Part shown: one piece after another, positions 12,509-26,176 of the stretch
Numbering within the stretch: the first letter of the stretch is position 1
Layout of the letters: every line of letters starts with the position of its first letter
Assembly: GCF_964355755.1 (NCBI RefSeq)
Contig: NC_092676.1
Location: forward strand, 8,843,888 to 8,907,887
Origin: Antedon mediterranea
Lineage: Eukaryota; Animalia; Echinodermata
Direction: 5' to 3'
Length of the DNA: 64,000 nucleotides
Made by a program: the position numbers and the translations under genes
The notes under the pieces: generated by a model
The model's input: the letters and a program-made list of their open reading frames with translations, nothing else
What the model was told of the DNA's origin: nothing
Database searches by the model: none

Positions 12509-13636
12509 TTAATGCTTTGAATTTCTGATCTAATATGGTCTTTAATTGGAGGCATGGTTACAAGAACTAGTTAATAAGCAAATAATTACACTGTTAGTGT
12601 ATACATAATTGTTTTTTTATTGCAATATATGATTTATTACTACTTTTGTGATAGTTTAAAAGCAGAAAGCTTTTAAATTATTATTAAAAGAAAACTAAAG
12701 TACTTTTTACAGAAAATATATTCCCAGTAAATTATAAATGAAATTCAACCACCAAATGTAATATTTAAATGTTGATATTTTTTTCATAGGTTTTTCTTCA
12801 TTCAAGACTCATTGTATTCTTTCAAATAATTGTGCTCAATAGACTAATTTTTATCTATTTAAGTTTGCTTCATATAATATTTATTGTATCTGTTTTCTGT
12901 TTCATACCTTTGAGTGGCAACCTTCGTTGCTGTTGGTTTTGATGAAATAAAATAGAAAAAAAATATACTTGTCACAATTTATCCTGAATACTTTTGTAAG
13001 CCAATGTTTAGAAATTTTTTTGTATTGTCCGATATTATCATCCTACTGACCGTTACCTTTCACATCAAATCTCCAGAGTTTAAACACAGAGGCATACACC
13101 ATACAAAATGTAGGTGCTGACGCTCCACAATGTGGAATGGGTATATTTCTTATTACCATTGTTCAAACAATATCAATATTAATTTGAATACAGAATTAAT
13201 TCATTTTTCATAATCTTATTCACATATGAATTTTACATACAATAGTTACATTGGAATGCAAATTATACTACTGTAATACATTTTTTTTGTGCAATTTAGA
13301 TAAAATAACATTTTACTGAAATTGGAAAATAATAAATTTAGAAAATGGTTCTTTAGGAACCATTAAAGAATATTTTTCTGTAGTTACATTTTATTTACTA
13401 TTAAAACCTGTTTGCAATTATTAAGCAAGCATGTATTTAGATAATCATACACACAACATATTTTTTGTGAATGTCTCGTAAATACATTAAAACTGAAATC
13501 ATACATTACTGCAGTAAAAAATGAGTTACTGCAGTAGAATTATTTTGACCTGATCCTTTATAATAAACATATCTTTTATCAGGTTTATGCATTTACTTGA
13601 GTTGTCAGTAACCAGAAAATGAATTTATATATTTAT

Positions 13637-16600
13637 TCAAGGAGAACAATTTAAACGCTCATAGAATAAAATATACGCCTGAGCCTTGAGAACTTTCGAT
13701 TCCGCAACTTCAGTTACCTGAGAGTCACTTACGTAAAACCATTTCCCTTTTGATTGCGCAACCGTTTCGCTCGTACTATCTCCGTTCATATTATTGCAAT
13801 CTTCATGTAGTTCATGTTCATTATCAGTAATATTGCTTGTTTTCATATTCTCATGTGATACAGTTGTCTGGTTTTTCTTGTAACTGCATGCTGGTATGTT
13901 TAAAGTGTATTGTAAAAGGTCTGGATTGCTCGGTCTAACTTTCACATACGCAGTGTAGTGACCAGAGTGAAGTCTACCACTATGTTCCACAACACCATAG
14001 AGGGCATACATCACTCTGTCTTTGCTATCAGCAAATTTCTGTACAGATAAAATAATATTTTTTCCTAATAATATTTATAATTATAAATTTCATAGTTGTA
14101 AATTAAATAATAGTGAGGGGAGTCCCGTGTTCTCTGTTAGGAGCTTATTGTACTAAGCCTCGGCATTATGTGGTAGGGTGGCCAGTTCCATTCCACGCAG
14201 CCTTTTTTCTCCCTAGTATTTTCAACCAGGTACTCATTTACAGCTGAGTGGACTGGGAGTGGTCGGGAATTGAACCCGGGTCTATCTGTATGACAGTCAA
14301 GTGTCTTAACCACTCGGCTATCCAACTCCATTAAATAATAGTAGATAAAGTATGAACTTACACGGCAGTTTGTACTGCAGAAGGGGGCCAGGTCTAACAA
14401 CAATGGGAAGTCCACTTGCCTAGTAACCTTGCGAAGGTTGAAACCATTCTGAAAAAAGGGAACAAAAATAGAATCATATAGATGACATAAAATACCTTAA
14501 ATTATATTTAATTTATATATAACAATTGTGGGAAAGGAAAAGGACTATCTTTCACATTTTATATTAAACATATATTTTAAACCTTGAATTAAACTCTGTC
14601 TACACTATCAAACTAGTTTGACAAAAAAATGTGATGTGCCCAAATATGGTAGTGAAGCGCCCAAATATGGTAGTTATATGACATCATCATAATATGGGCA
14701 CATAACATTTTTTTGTCACATCAAGTTTGATAGTGTATACAGTGCTTTAAGTTACATTCACACTTGTTCCACGGCACTGTTCAATCTCTATATGATTTAC
14801 CATATTTAACAAAACACATTTAGTGGTCGCCTTTTATAGGAATAATTTTTACCTAGGGCTTACCTGCATAAATCGCTTAATATGTAACGTTAAAATGGAA
14901 GGTGGTCGATGAATTAGCATCTGTTTGCTTGCATCTTGATAAACAGTTTTACCTTAAATAAAATAAATTAAAAAAAACACCATAATAAATCAGATATTTA
15001 AATAAACACAGTTTATAACCTGTCAATTCTGTAAACAACAAATTAAATTTTAATAGATAGGTCTCGATTTGTACGACCTTTGACATACGCACATTGGACC
15101 TAGAATCTGTTATTAAACTGTGTCAAAAAACCGAGTGAGGAAGCATATCACTGCATGCGGAAAATGACTGAACACAACATACCTAGGTTGTTGTAAATCG
15201 CTAACGCCTTAGGCTCGAACGCAAACGCAAATGACAAATCATGATGTGATGATCATCTAAATTTTCGCTTGTGATTGGCCAATTCACTTACATTGTATGT
15301 ACACCCTTGCGTTGCGTTGAAGTGAGAGAACCAAGCTTTAATATCTATAAATAGTTATGCCTACCTGTACCAGCTTCTTCAGTACAGATTTCACAGCCGA
15401 ATTTGTTAGATCCTGTAAGTAGCTCAGGCAATGTAAATTGCTGTAGGCATGTCTGTACTGAGCATTCATTAACTTTCGCATTGTACCGACACATACTACT
15501 AACACTCTTTGTCCGTCGCTTCACAATTTGCGATTTTTCGGGCCCACCACATGCTACGCTTGATTTACTAGCCTCAGAGTCGTCATCCTCATTAAATACA
15601 GAGTCATTCGTTTGATTTGTACGTTCGGTTGCTGGACTGCAGTTCCCTGGGCTGTGTCCGCTTTCACTGCTATGACCATTAGTGCCGCTGGTTTGATGAC
15701 TGCCGCTTCCTTGTATTCCATTACATTGCTCGGTAGCTTTCAAATCGGATTCTTCACTTTCATTGGATAATGGATCGCTAGACGTGTTTGGCACTTTGCT
15801 TGGTTGCTTCACAACAGACGACGCATCACATAGTTTATTCATAGCATCTTCTTCGCTCTCCATCTCTGCACAATAACCATTTGGTTGTACACCACCTTCA
15901 TCTTCAGTCAGCGTAAGATTTGAGAATTTATTTTCAAGTCCTACTTGCTCTTTTTCTCGGGTATTGAGTTCTTCCGCTTCTTTATTATCTAAATGTTTTG
16001 TTTTATCGTCGATGGCGGCCAACACTTCCAAGTGGCTTGTGTCGGAGAGGTTACCAGCCTCTGCGTTTTTTTCCATTTTATTTTTAAGACGTGGATCAAG
16101 TGACGTTTCACTATCGGCGTCATTTGGATCGTAGTTGTCATTGCAATGATCAGTTTCATTCGTTGATTGATTATTCGTTTCTTCTTCTTTATTTCCACTT
16201 CCCTTTTTTGAAGACTAAAGAAAAGAAAATAATTTTGTAATCAACCAAAAGAATCCAGAGAATCTGGAAATATTATGAGCAAAAACTATAAGTGGCCTAT
16301 AATGATATTCCATTATTCTTTCTTTAGTACAGTCAACTCTCCCAATACCGGACACCTTTGGGCCGGCCAAATAAGTCTGGTTTTCCGGAAAGTCTGGTAT
16401 TCGGAATGTGTTTTTAATGGTGAAAATAAATTTGGGACCTTTTGATCCTCAAAAAAAGTCTGGTATTGGGAGAGTTTCTGGTTTTCAGAGAGTCCGGTAT
16501 TGGGAGAGCTGATTGTACAAGCTCAAAATAGAAAACTACAAAAACAACAGCCTGCCAAAACAAAATTATTGGTTAAATTTGTAACCAATAAGGTGCACAT

Positions 16601-19600
16601 GATCAGTTATTACCAAAACATCCAGATGCCCAATAACAACGCAAAAATTTGTCCTCCAGGTCAAAGGTTAAAAATTATCTCATTTATCTGATAATTAATC
16701 GATTTGAGTGAGATAAATATTGGTTAATTTTTCTTTATTGAAATCGGTTAAAGCCTGTTTCCACAGGCTTAATATCGGTTAATTTTTGGCTGCGGAAACA
16801 CAGCCTTATTAATTGTTTTTGGCCAGAATGGTAAAAATGTATACTTCAAGACTTTTTGCCGGATAAAATTTTTCTATACACAAGTTTGTAAAAAATATGG
16901 AGATTGCAATTTGGGATGCATGTTGCGTCGTTTAATCCTCACCTGGATCTATAATCCCTAACACTGTGGCAAGGAATTAGGCACGTTCCAATGTGCACAA
17001 TGAATTAACATGGCATAATTAGGTCCTGGAGTGTCGCAAATCCAAAGCTCACTAAAGCGTGGTTTCCACTAGCGACGCAACGCAAGGACGTAACGCAACG
17101 CAAGTGAATTGACCAATCACAAGCGTTGGCTTATTCGCTTGTGATTGCTAAAGCGTGGTTCCCACTAGCGACGCAACGCAAGGACATAACGCAACGCAAG
17201 TGAATTGACCAATCACAAGCGATGGCTTATTCGCTTGTGATTGCTAACCGTCTATAACTTCGCTTTGCCATTGGTTGAAACGCTTGCGTTGCATTTACGT
17301 CCTTGCGTTACGTTCTAGTGGGAACCAAGCTTTATAAATACCATGAAAGAACCTAACCTTAGCTTGTTTCCTAGCCTGCTTCTTTGCTTTGTTCATCTGG
17401 TGTTTACTGGGTTTTTCTTCTTTTTTCTGCTGATTTTCTACCATATTTAGCAATGTAGGTTTACGCATCTGAAATGTACAATTTGTTACCATATTTCCTC
17501 TTACCAAAGACAATGAAGCAACATAGAGCAACATATGAGCTAGCTTACATGTATATTGTCATTGTGATAGCATCTGTAAAAACATTAAATAAAATGATTA
17601 CCTTTGCTTCTGAAATAGGTAGCGACAGGTCAAGGAACGCCTCATGTACTTCTGAAACCTAAGATATATTAAAAAAAATATATATAAAAATTACAAACTA
17701 CATTAACATATTGACTCCATGTATCCTCAGTTCATGCATACACATTGAACAGGGGTGTTTGACATATTGACTCTATGTATCCTCAGTTCATGCATACACA
17801 TTGAACAGGGGTGTTTGGCATATTGACTCTATGTATCCTCAGTTCATGCATACACATTGAACAGGGGTGTTTGACATATTGACTCTATGTATCCTCAGTT
17901 CATGCATACACATTGAACAGGGGTGTTTGGCATATTGACTCTATGTATCCTCAGTTCATGCATACACATTGAACAGGGGTGTTTGGCATATTGACTCTAT
18001 GTATCCTCAGTTCATGCATACACATTGAACAGGGGTGTTTGACATAATTTTACATAAGAGATAAAATACATTACATTATGAACAAATTAGGGGCAAATAA
18101 TATATCACGGACAACCCCTATTTAGGGACACTTCTATTAAAGGGACACTTTGTTGGGTCTTGAAGGTGTCCCCTTAATAGGGTTGTATTTGTTTTTACCT
18201 GTTTGCAGTTTTGACAATGTACAGCACTTATTAGATAGCCGCCAAACACACTGTCTACAAATGTATGCTTACACATGGAGCCAAGATCTAAAAGACAAAA
18301 TAATTATGAAAATTTCAGCAAAAATACTAGATCTTCCCCAATTTGTATTAACAGATTCTGCCAAAAAAGGAAAGACAATTAATTCAGCAATGAGACAACA
18401 TCAGGCTAGGCCTATAGCTTACATACGATGTTCGTACGTTACCATTTTTAACCAGCTATGAGCCTACAAAACTAAGCCAAACTAAGCTAGGCCTAGAAAC
18501 GTCTATGAGAGAACTTTCGACGCGAGCTACTTAGGTAGTGCATTGTTTTTCTCTTTTTATCATAATTAACCTTAGAACGCATATTTAAGACAAGAAATGA
18601 CCTGTTTTTAAAATTTTATATGCATTATTTTTACAAAATGTCAGCAATTGCAGGTCTAGTGTCTTTATGGATTAAATTACTGCTTACATTTTACTTTTCC
18701 TTTGACTTCAGGATCAACATTTTCTGGCTTAACATTCTTCTTCATGTTAAATGAGCTTAAAATACCTTCTTTCATTCTCTACATAAAATCAAAATATTTC
18801 AATTACCATTTATAGCTTTTCAAATATAAGTTTAGTAACTAGATGATAAAGATTGCAGCTACAGCAATAAGAATAAAACTATGAATTAAGAAAATAAAAG
18901 TGTAAAAATATAGCACAACAGTGTAGCAGCTCTGTATACACTATCAAACTAGTTTGAAAAAGAAAGTGTGGATGCCCAAATATAGTAGTGATATGACATC
19001 AACATGTCCATGTATGGGCACATCCCATATTTTTGTTATATAAAGTTTGATAGTGTAGACAAAATGAATAACTTCATATAAATACCAGTGCAAATGAGTA
19101 TAACGCACTGTGTAATATATCTTTACACTGATGATGGGAAGTACCTAACTAAATATGTATGTTTAAAAGCGACGTTCAATAAAGAAGAAATTAAAACTGC
19201 TTACAGAAGTTATTTTGTTTATTAAGTTAATTTATAAACTTTTCACTCTTAGAAGCTTCAATTAAAAGCCTTTAAATAAAAAAAAAAAATGACAGTAAAC
19301 CTAATCTAATATTACCTTGAATTCTTCATTCTTCATGCCATCTAAAAGGTAACGCAACAGTTCATGACTGTCTTGTTGTTGGTATCCCTTGAATCTAGAA
19401 GCTCTAGAAAGGACACAGGAATGGAAAATGTGTAAAAAGTTGTACATACACCAGGCTGGACTACTGGTTGAGCCTGTATAGTTTGTACATACACACACAT
19501 AACTCTGGAGTTTTGCTAGGCCATGTGACAGGGTACCTACAAAACATACTTACTTATCACACATACACTAGGGCACACACCATAACTCTGGAGTTTTGCT

Positions 19601-22600
19601 AGGCCAGGTCAAGGGGTAAAAGACATACTTACTTGTCACATGTACACTAGGGCACACACCATAACGCTGGAGTTTTGCTAGGCAAGCTCAAGGGGTACAA
19701 GACATACTCCCTTATCACACATACACTAGGGCACACACCATAACTCTGGAGTTTTGCTAGGCCAGGTCAAGGGGTACAAACATACTTACTTGTCACATGT
19801 ACACTAGGGCACACACCATAACTCTGTAGTTTTGTTAGGCCAGGTCAATGGGTACAAGACATACTCCCTTATCACACATACACTAGGGCACACACCGTAA
19901 CTCTGTAGTTTTGCTAGGCCAGGTCAAGGGGTACAAGACATACTGTACTCCCTTATCACACATACACTAGGGCACACACCATAACTCTGGAGTTTTGCTA
20001 GGCGAGGTCAAGGGGTACCAAGGCATACTTATCTGTCACACATACACTAGGGTACACACCATAACTCCGGAGTTTTGCTAGGCCAGGTCAAGGGGTACAA
20101 GACATACTTAATTGTCACATATACACTAAAGCGCACACCATAACTCTGTAGTTTTGCTAGGCCAGGTCAAGGGGTACCAAGGCATACTTATCTGTCACAC
20201 ATACACTAGGGTACACACCATAACTCCGGAGTTTTGCTAGGCCAGGTCAAGGGGTACAAGACATACTTACCTGTCACACATACACTAGGGCAAACACCAT
20301 AACTCTGTAGTTTTGCTAGGCCAGGTCAAGGGGTACAGAACATACTTACTTGTCACAGACTTTGTTAAATAAGTCTCTTGGATTAACAGCATAGCTGCGA
20401 CTTGTATCACGCATTTTGTTGAAGAAAAGCGCCAATGCTTGCGTTAAAGGGTTCCCCTCTGGTAGATGTATTTTCAAAGCATCCTGGGAATTAAACAAAT
20501 TAAAGTATTAAATAAAATTGATTAGGAAGTAGAAAAATATAGTCATACAAATGCAGATACAACTTTCTTGAGAAAGTTAAATTGAAATAATTATTAGCAT
20601 TATTTCATGGAGTGGTAAACATAGGATGTAAACGTCATTTTGAAGGGACAGCACACAATCATTAGGCTACTAGGATAAAGGTGGTATGTGAATACCTAGA
20701 AAAATGTCTACTCTTTGATATTAACATTTTTTTAATCTTAATAAAAAAACAATATTTTTATTTATTTTTTACAAAATTTTTTCTCAATTGGCCAATTACA
20801 GGATAGGAAAAAAATCACTTTCTAATTTAAATCTTATGGGTAAAGCTTTGTTTTCACTTGGACAGTAGTTGCACGGTTTTGACCATGAACAAATTCTGGT
20901 TCTGTAATGTGATGGACCCTGGGATTAGTAAGCAATTATTTCAACTACTAATAGTGTCAATAAGTTTTATATAACATGGCATTTGGAACTCACAATAAGG
21001 TGCTTGTCCGCATCGCTTTCATCCTCATCTTCATCAGTAGAGCATGCAACGTCTATAAATAGCTTGGTTTCGTTTGGTATGGTAATATCTCGTGCCATCC
21101 AAACTTTGTCTAAAACATCTTTGAATACGTAAGTTTGATTTAAAATCTAAAAAACGAAAGAAAACATGAAAGAGGTATTTGCATTATTTATCAGCTGTAT
21201 AAATTAAAAATTAAACCAAGAAGGCCAAAATTTACAGTAAAATTTATAACTCATATTTGTACATAGAGTTATTAAATAGTTCAACTCAGTCCATTAAATA
21301 TAAATGTATAAAGCAGCAATAGAGTAGAACCCTTTGTATGGGGCACTACCGGGACACAACAAAGTGTCTCCTTGTGTCTCAAAAGAAGAGTTTTGAAGCA
21401 AGAAAACAAAAATAATTTACCTGCATAACAGCATTAAAGAAACATGTATTCCCAAGATTGCTTAATCCCTGTGAAAATAAACAATCTAAATTGAAAATAT
21501 CAATAAAATATTGTAATATAATTATTATAAAATATAACAGTGTAGTTTTGATTAAACAAGATTTTAATTTGTTTCAAATATCATCAATTTGTATATTTTC
21601 ATAATTATATGATAAAGTTTGTAGGTTTATATTGGAAAAGTCACACAAACATATTTGGTAATTAACTAAACTGGTTTTCTTCATTAGTAATTCTGTATCA
21701 GTAATTGATTGGTTTATTATTAAATAAATTTCACAATCATTTATACAGATAGCAGCTTTGGGTTAAGTTACACCATATGCTGTGTAAATAAACCTTGTTT
21801 CACCAGCTGTGCAGTTTTCTATTAATTACATAACAGTAACACTCAAGGATTAGATATAAAATCACTAAATGCTGGTCAGAAAATATCACAAAAACCTACA
21901 ATGGTCACTATGAGTTGATGATAAAAAAAAGGTTAATTAAATATAACTAAAAATGTTGATGGCATGAGTTAAATAATACGTCCATTAATTTGACGCAAAT
22001 GTTGAATAGAATGACCCTTACCTTGACCTTTACTGGTACGTCGCCTTTTCCAACATTTGCTGTTTTTTTTACTGCCCCATCTTCAGGTTTTATTTCTTTT
22101 TTCTTCTTCACTATTATTAATAATCAAGTAAAATTGATTTTTTATTCTAGCAGTTGGATAATATAATATAAACTCTGTGTTATGACAGCAGTGTTTTTTT
22201 TATTCTTGAATATTATAAAACACCAATGATGCATGACTATGAAGTAACACAATTGTGGTCACTTCCGTACTCGTTCAGTGATAATGACTGTTACATGTTT
22301 ATTCAGAAACACAAATATTTACTGGGCTGAGGAACATGGTTAAAAATATAGCCCAAGGTGATCTAGAGACTATACTATATCCCAAGACGAAGTCAATAGA
22401 TATAGTATGTCTCCAGATCACTGGATGAAAGCCCAGTTAATCTTTGATTTATATACGGTACGATTGGCTGTAGGCTAGGCCGAGGCAAACATGGACTTGG
22501 TTGGAGTAGGCCTAGGTTAGGCCTAGTTAGTGACAAGTTAATCATCATAGGCTAGGGATATATAATAGATAAAAGATTTACATGAGGATGTTGACTTGCA

Positions 22601-25277
22601 GGCTGTTCTCATCTGTTTCTTCACAAACTGTAGACTTTCTTCTACCTTTTTGTGTACATCTTGAGGGACTTCATTGTCACATTCATAACACCTAAAATAA
22701 ACAAACAAAAAGTGGTGTTGATAGTTGGTATACCTCCTTGGTAGAGTCTTCTGAGTGGGTGTTATGTAATCAAGGCAATCTAACAACAGGACACTGAGCT
22801 CGTCTTGTCAAGATAGTAATTTGTAACAGTCCTTTGATCTTATGTTTGGCTGCGACAAATACCTACAGTACTATGTACATTCTTCACGCCACACAGTGTC
22901 TGTTAAGGGTCTGATTCTGTTGCATCCACAGATAAACCCTTTGATCTCCAGAGTTGTTAGATTGCCTGTGTGGAATTAGGCTGAATAGAAGGCCCTTAAA
23001 ATAAGACTGGCGGAAGACTTTGACTTTATTGGTTTAAACCAATAAAAGACCGCATATATAATATTTTTCATCCAGCACAAAAACATTTTTGTTAATTTGG
23101 GAGGTATAAGCTTACCAAATAGCCCATGTGTAGATGTTGACAGACAATGAATGTGCTCCTGAACGAGGTGTATTGTAGTGCTTTAATGCATGCTGATTGG
23201 GTGAATATCGACCACAACCCTAACAACAAAATAAATAACATTAATACAATACAATGTTACAAATTCAGTACTGGTTTTAAAAATTAAAAATTGATACGAC
23301 AGTCAACTCTCTTTGATAGGAAACTTTTTTTTAAAAAGTGTATGTATAACTGTTAAAAAATAGTATTTAGTATATAACAATAACATAAAATATTATGAAG
23401 AACCACATAAAATCAGAATTATATTTTTGTTAAAATTAACTATTATTAATGAAAATAAATAAATTAATCATATTTATTTTTTTGCATACAAGGATTGTAT
23501 AAGAATCATTCTTAAAGTTTATACACACAAACTGGAACACAAAAATAGTGGTGAATGTCTGAGTAGTGGGCGGGGCTTCAAATTAGCATATCTGATTGGC
23601 CAATTCAGTCATATTCAATCATTCCTCTCAGTGGTGGAATATTATTTGAGTTGTGATCAGTCGCGTAACGTACAGTCTTGATGCCCCTGGTTTAGGAACC
23701 CTAAGTGGCCATCCAGCTCTTTTTTTCGACATGTTTTAATGCCTGTTTTTTATCTGGACACTGCTTAATTAAGGGCCCCTGGATTTAGCCAGTGAGCCAC
23801 AGGTTGTGATTATGTTTAGTTTAACATATCTCTATCATTAAAATATTCAAGAATAAGCTCACCTGATAACCACAGGCTAAACAAAGCCAAACAGCAGCTT
23901 CTTGAGAAGAGTCAACATCATTCCCGTCATCAGCTTTATCTTTTGAGCATTCCTGAAATAAAAATACATTACTGGCACAATTTTAATAGATATGGCGTAG
24001 ACTACGACCACCAAAACCAATCTAGATCTAGGACGTTCTTTGTTGTAAATACTGTAGTGTAGCATTCATTTGTGTGCTTCTAACATTTGTTTTGACGATA
24101 ACTCTATACTGTAATATTAATATGTATATCAATTTTAATAATTTTTAATTGTTTTAACAGTATTTTACATTTGCCTATGGAGTTTTTGCAATCTGTGTTT
24201 TTACAGTATGTCTTTTTTTCTTCTTTTTTTTTTAAAATTTGATCTATTTTGTAGTTTTATTGTCTTAATTATGCCAAGCAAAAAGAATTTCCAATTTAAG
24301 TGGACATACAACATTTCTTAAATCTTAAATCAAACATTATGTTCACTTTTTTTTGGAAATTTTACCATATTTTTAAAAGTGGAGATGAAGTTTTATCAAT
24401 TTGCTACCGAATCAATAAAATATTTTCACTTGACAGTAAATAAATATTTTTGGTCGTCCAATTACTTACCACACAAGCTCCAATACACGCATTTTTTAAG
24501 GTCTTGCGTATCTGATTCTGATTGGCTGCTTTTGAAGCATGTTCACAACCTATAAATAATAAAAAACATTGTATTAAGGCCTACAGTAGTTTTCAAAAAC
24601 ACCATTAATAGAATCAAATATAAATATGTGGTTTATATTCACTGGTATTCATTTAGGAATTTCATTACTGAAAAAATAAGTAAAGCAAAGGCAGAATTAT
24701 ATTATAGTAGTAGTATTAAAGGCTTAGTTTGATTGTGCAAATGGTACATATCCAAATAGAAATTTATACTGATTGAAAGGGTATTTTCAACGGCGCAGAT
24801 CCGTTTATAATAGCGGGGGAAACGTATAAATACTTTAGACTGGGGGCCAAGGGTTGCCAAGATACCCCGGTTGACGATCTGGAAGCCCAGATACAATTAT
24901 TTTGGGTTACGCAATTTTAGCTACTGGTCCTGATGCGCCACTGGTTATATTCGCACAGAATCTATTCTTCTTAGATTCTTAGATACTGTATTTTCTGAAT
25001 GTGTGTCATAGAAGTCTTATTTTCTATTTCATTTCAACAATTTAATGATTTTGCTGTTGAAAAATGAGGGGTACAATCCCCCACCAATAAAAAATATGTG
25101 GGGGGAGGGGGGGGGGGGATGTCCCCTTTGTTAAAAAATTGAGGTTCAGAAAACTGACTGACCCGAGACTGATTCTCCAGTTTCTTCATCACTCGATGGC
25201 CTGTCTTTATAATTCTTATCTGCTTTCTTTCGTTTCTTACCCATCTCAATATCCTCATCCACGGATTTAACCCGCAT
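13637..25277 (-). CDS. USP16/USP45: Ubiquitin carboxyl-terminal hydrolase 16/45-like (zf-UBP plus USP peptidase C19 domain), 18 coding exons, 928 aa
   Basis: Exons (minus) 25163-25277, 24470-24549, 23863-23952, 23116-23219, 22582-22691, 22022-22110, 21421-21468, 20994-21146, 20350-20483, 19316-19403, 18688-18778, 18199-18287, 17602-17658, 17358-17468, 15365-16214, 14864-14952, 14362-14448, 13637-14038 sum to 2787 nt in frame. zf-[28 protein letters not shown]...WCYECDNEV; Cys box [16 protein letters not shown]; [13 protein letters not shown]; His box [15 protein letters not shown]; WFYVSDSQV. Confidence 0.95.
14137..14330 (-). mobile_element. tRNA-derived SINE in a USP intron
   Basis: GCCGAGTGGTTAAGACACTTGACTGTCA...GGGTTCAATTCCCG head followed by body GTCCACTCAGCTGTAAATGAGTACCTGG. 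Confidence 0.7.
14592..14748. mobile_element. Palindromic MITE (Harbinger-like); sibling at about 18928-19062
   Basis: TIR CTGTCTACACTATCAAACT/AGTTTGATAGTGTATACAG present at two loci. Confidence 0.7.
16330..16515. mobile_element. Tc1/mariner-pogo type MITE
   Basis: TA|CAGTCAACTCTCCCAATACCGGAC...GTCCGGTATTGGGAGAGCTGATTG|TA. Confidence 0.75.
16548..16803. mobile_element. Dispersed MITE-like repeat; sibling at about 29138-29452
   Basis: Shared GCCAAAACAAAATTAT...GGTTAATTTTTGGCTGCGGAAACAC sequence at both loci. Confidence 0.65.
17054..17333. mobile_element. MITE with tandemly duplicated left half (same family as 5349-5637)
   Basis: TAAAGCGTGGTTTCCACTAGCGACGCAACGCAAGG repeated at 17054 and 17149; closes with CTAGTGGGAACCAAGCTTTA. 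Confidence 0.75.
17706..18046. repeat. 56-bp minisatellite, about 6 near-identical copies, intronic
   Basis: Unit ACATATTGACTCTATGTATCCTCAGTTCATGCATACACATTGAACAGGGGTGTTTG. Confidence 0.95.
19492..20357. repeat. About 79-bp minisatellite, 11 copies, containing the 5' splice site of USP exon 20350-20483
   Basis: Unit CTAGGGCACACACCATAACTCTGGAGTTTTGCTAGGCCAGGTCAAGGGGTACAAGACATACTTACTTGTCACA; the last unit overlaps the exon/intron junction. Confidence 0.93.
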
Positions 25278-26176
25278 CTGAAACAAGAAATGATTTAAAG
25301 TTGAAAATAAATTACGAAAATTAGGTAAACATTTATGAAATTTGATACTTAAGTTTGAAAGATGTATTTAAAAAACAATTTTTTATTAATTTTTTTTTAA
25401 TATGCCATTTTAAGGCCACATAACACTTTGTAATTTAAATTTAAAAAAAATGTATTTACCTGAAAAAACTGATTTAAAACAAAAAATTATCAAATTGGCT
25501 GACAGCCAATTGGGTTTTTGTTTAAATTTGTCATTTTATACGAGAAAACCAAAAAACTTATTCAAAGTCTGATTTAATTTAATCTCCATGTTTTTGGGGG
25601 TTCAATACATCTTTAAGCATAGGGCTAGCCTTATAGGTCTAGCCCTAATTAATAAATACAGTAGATGAAATTTGATATTTAAATGGGGGAAATCCAGGGG
25701 GATTCCCGAAGCCTGGTAGGCTAGGCCTAAGCAAGAGCCTAGGCCTAGTAGTGTACTAACTATTGGCTGAATTTTAATATAGGAATATTTATTAGCCTAG
25801 GCCTAAAGTAAAGTATAATTGTTTGCGGCAGCCGGACGGTATAGCGTTCAACAAATCCAACACATCCCAATCACACGGTGTAGGAGGTTACTTTAAGTTA
25901 CACGTACGTTAGCCTACTTTATTACACAATTCTAGGCTTGCTTACTAGCTAGGCCTAGGGCCAGACTTTTGCCTAAATATCTAGCCTTTAGTAGCCATGT
26001 TAGGCCTAGCATAGCTCTAGGGGCATAGGCCTACCACCATGCCAGGCCCTGGGCCAGCCATGTCATTCATTTTTATTTCCAACATCAACCGCACGAGTCG
26101 CAAAACAACATAGACATAGCCTTGTTGGAGGTGTTACCTACTAGGCCTAGTAGAAATGTTATTAAACCTAACCTAC

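Noticed and set aside
14255-14330. tRNA genes at about 11380-11455, 14255-14330, 30355-30425 and 63743-63800
   Set aside because: A and B boxes are present but cloverleafs are incomplete and most run into SINE bodies
17706-20357. 56-bp and 79-bp arrays as CRISPR-like loci
   Set aside because: Head-to-tail units without unique spacers, eukaryotic intron context, no cas genes
22222-22332. C/D-box snoRNA-like ATGATG...CTGA
   Set aside because: Antisense to the host gene, imperfect C box and no convincing terminal stem
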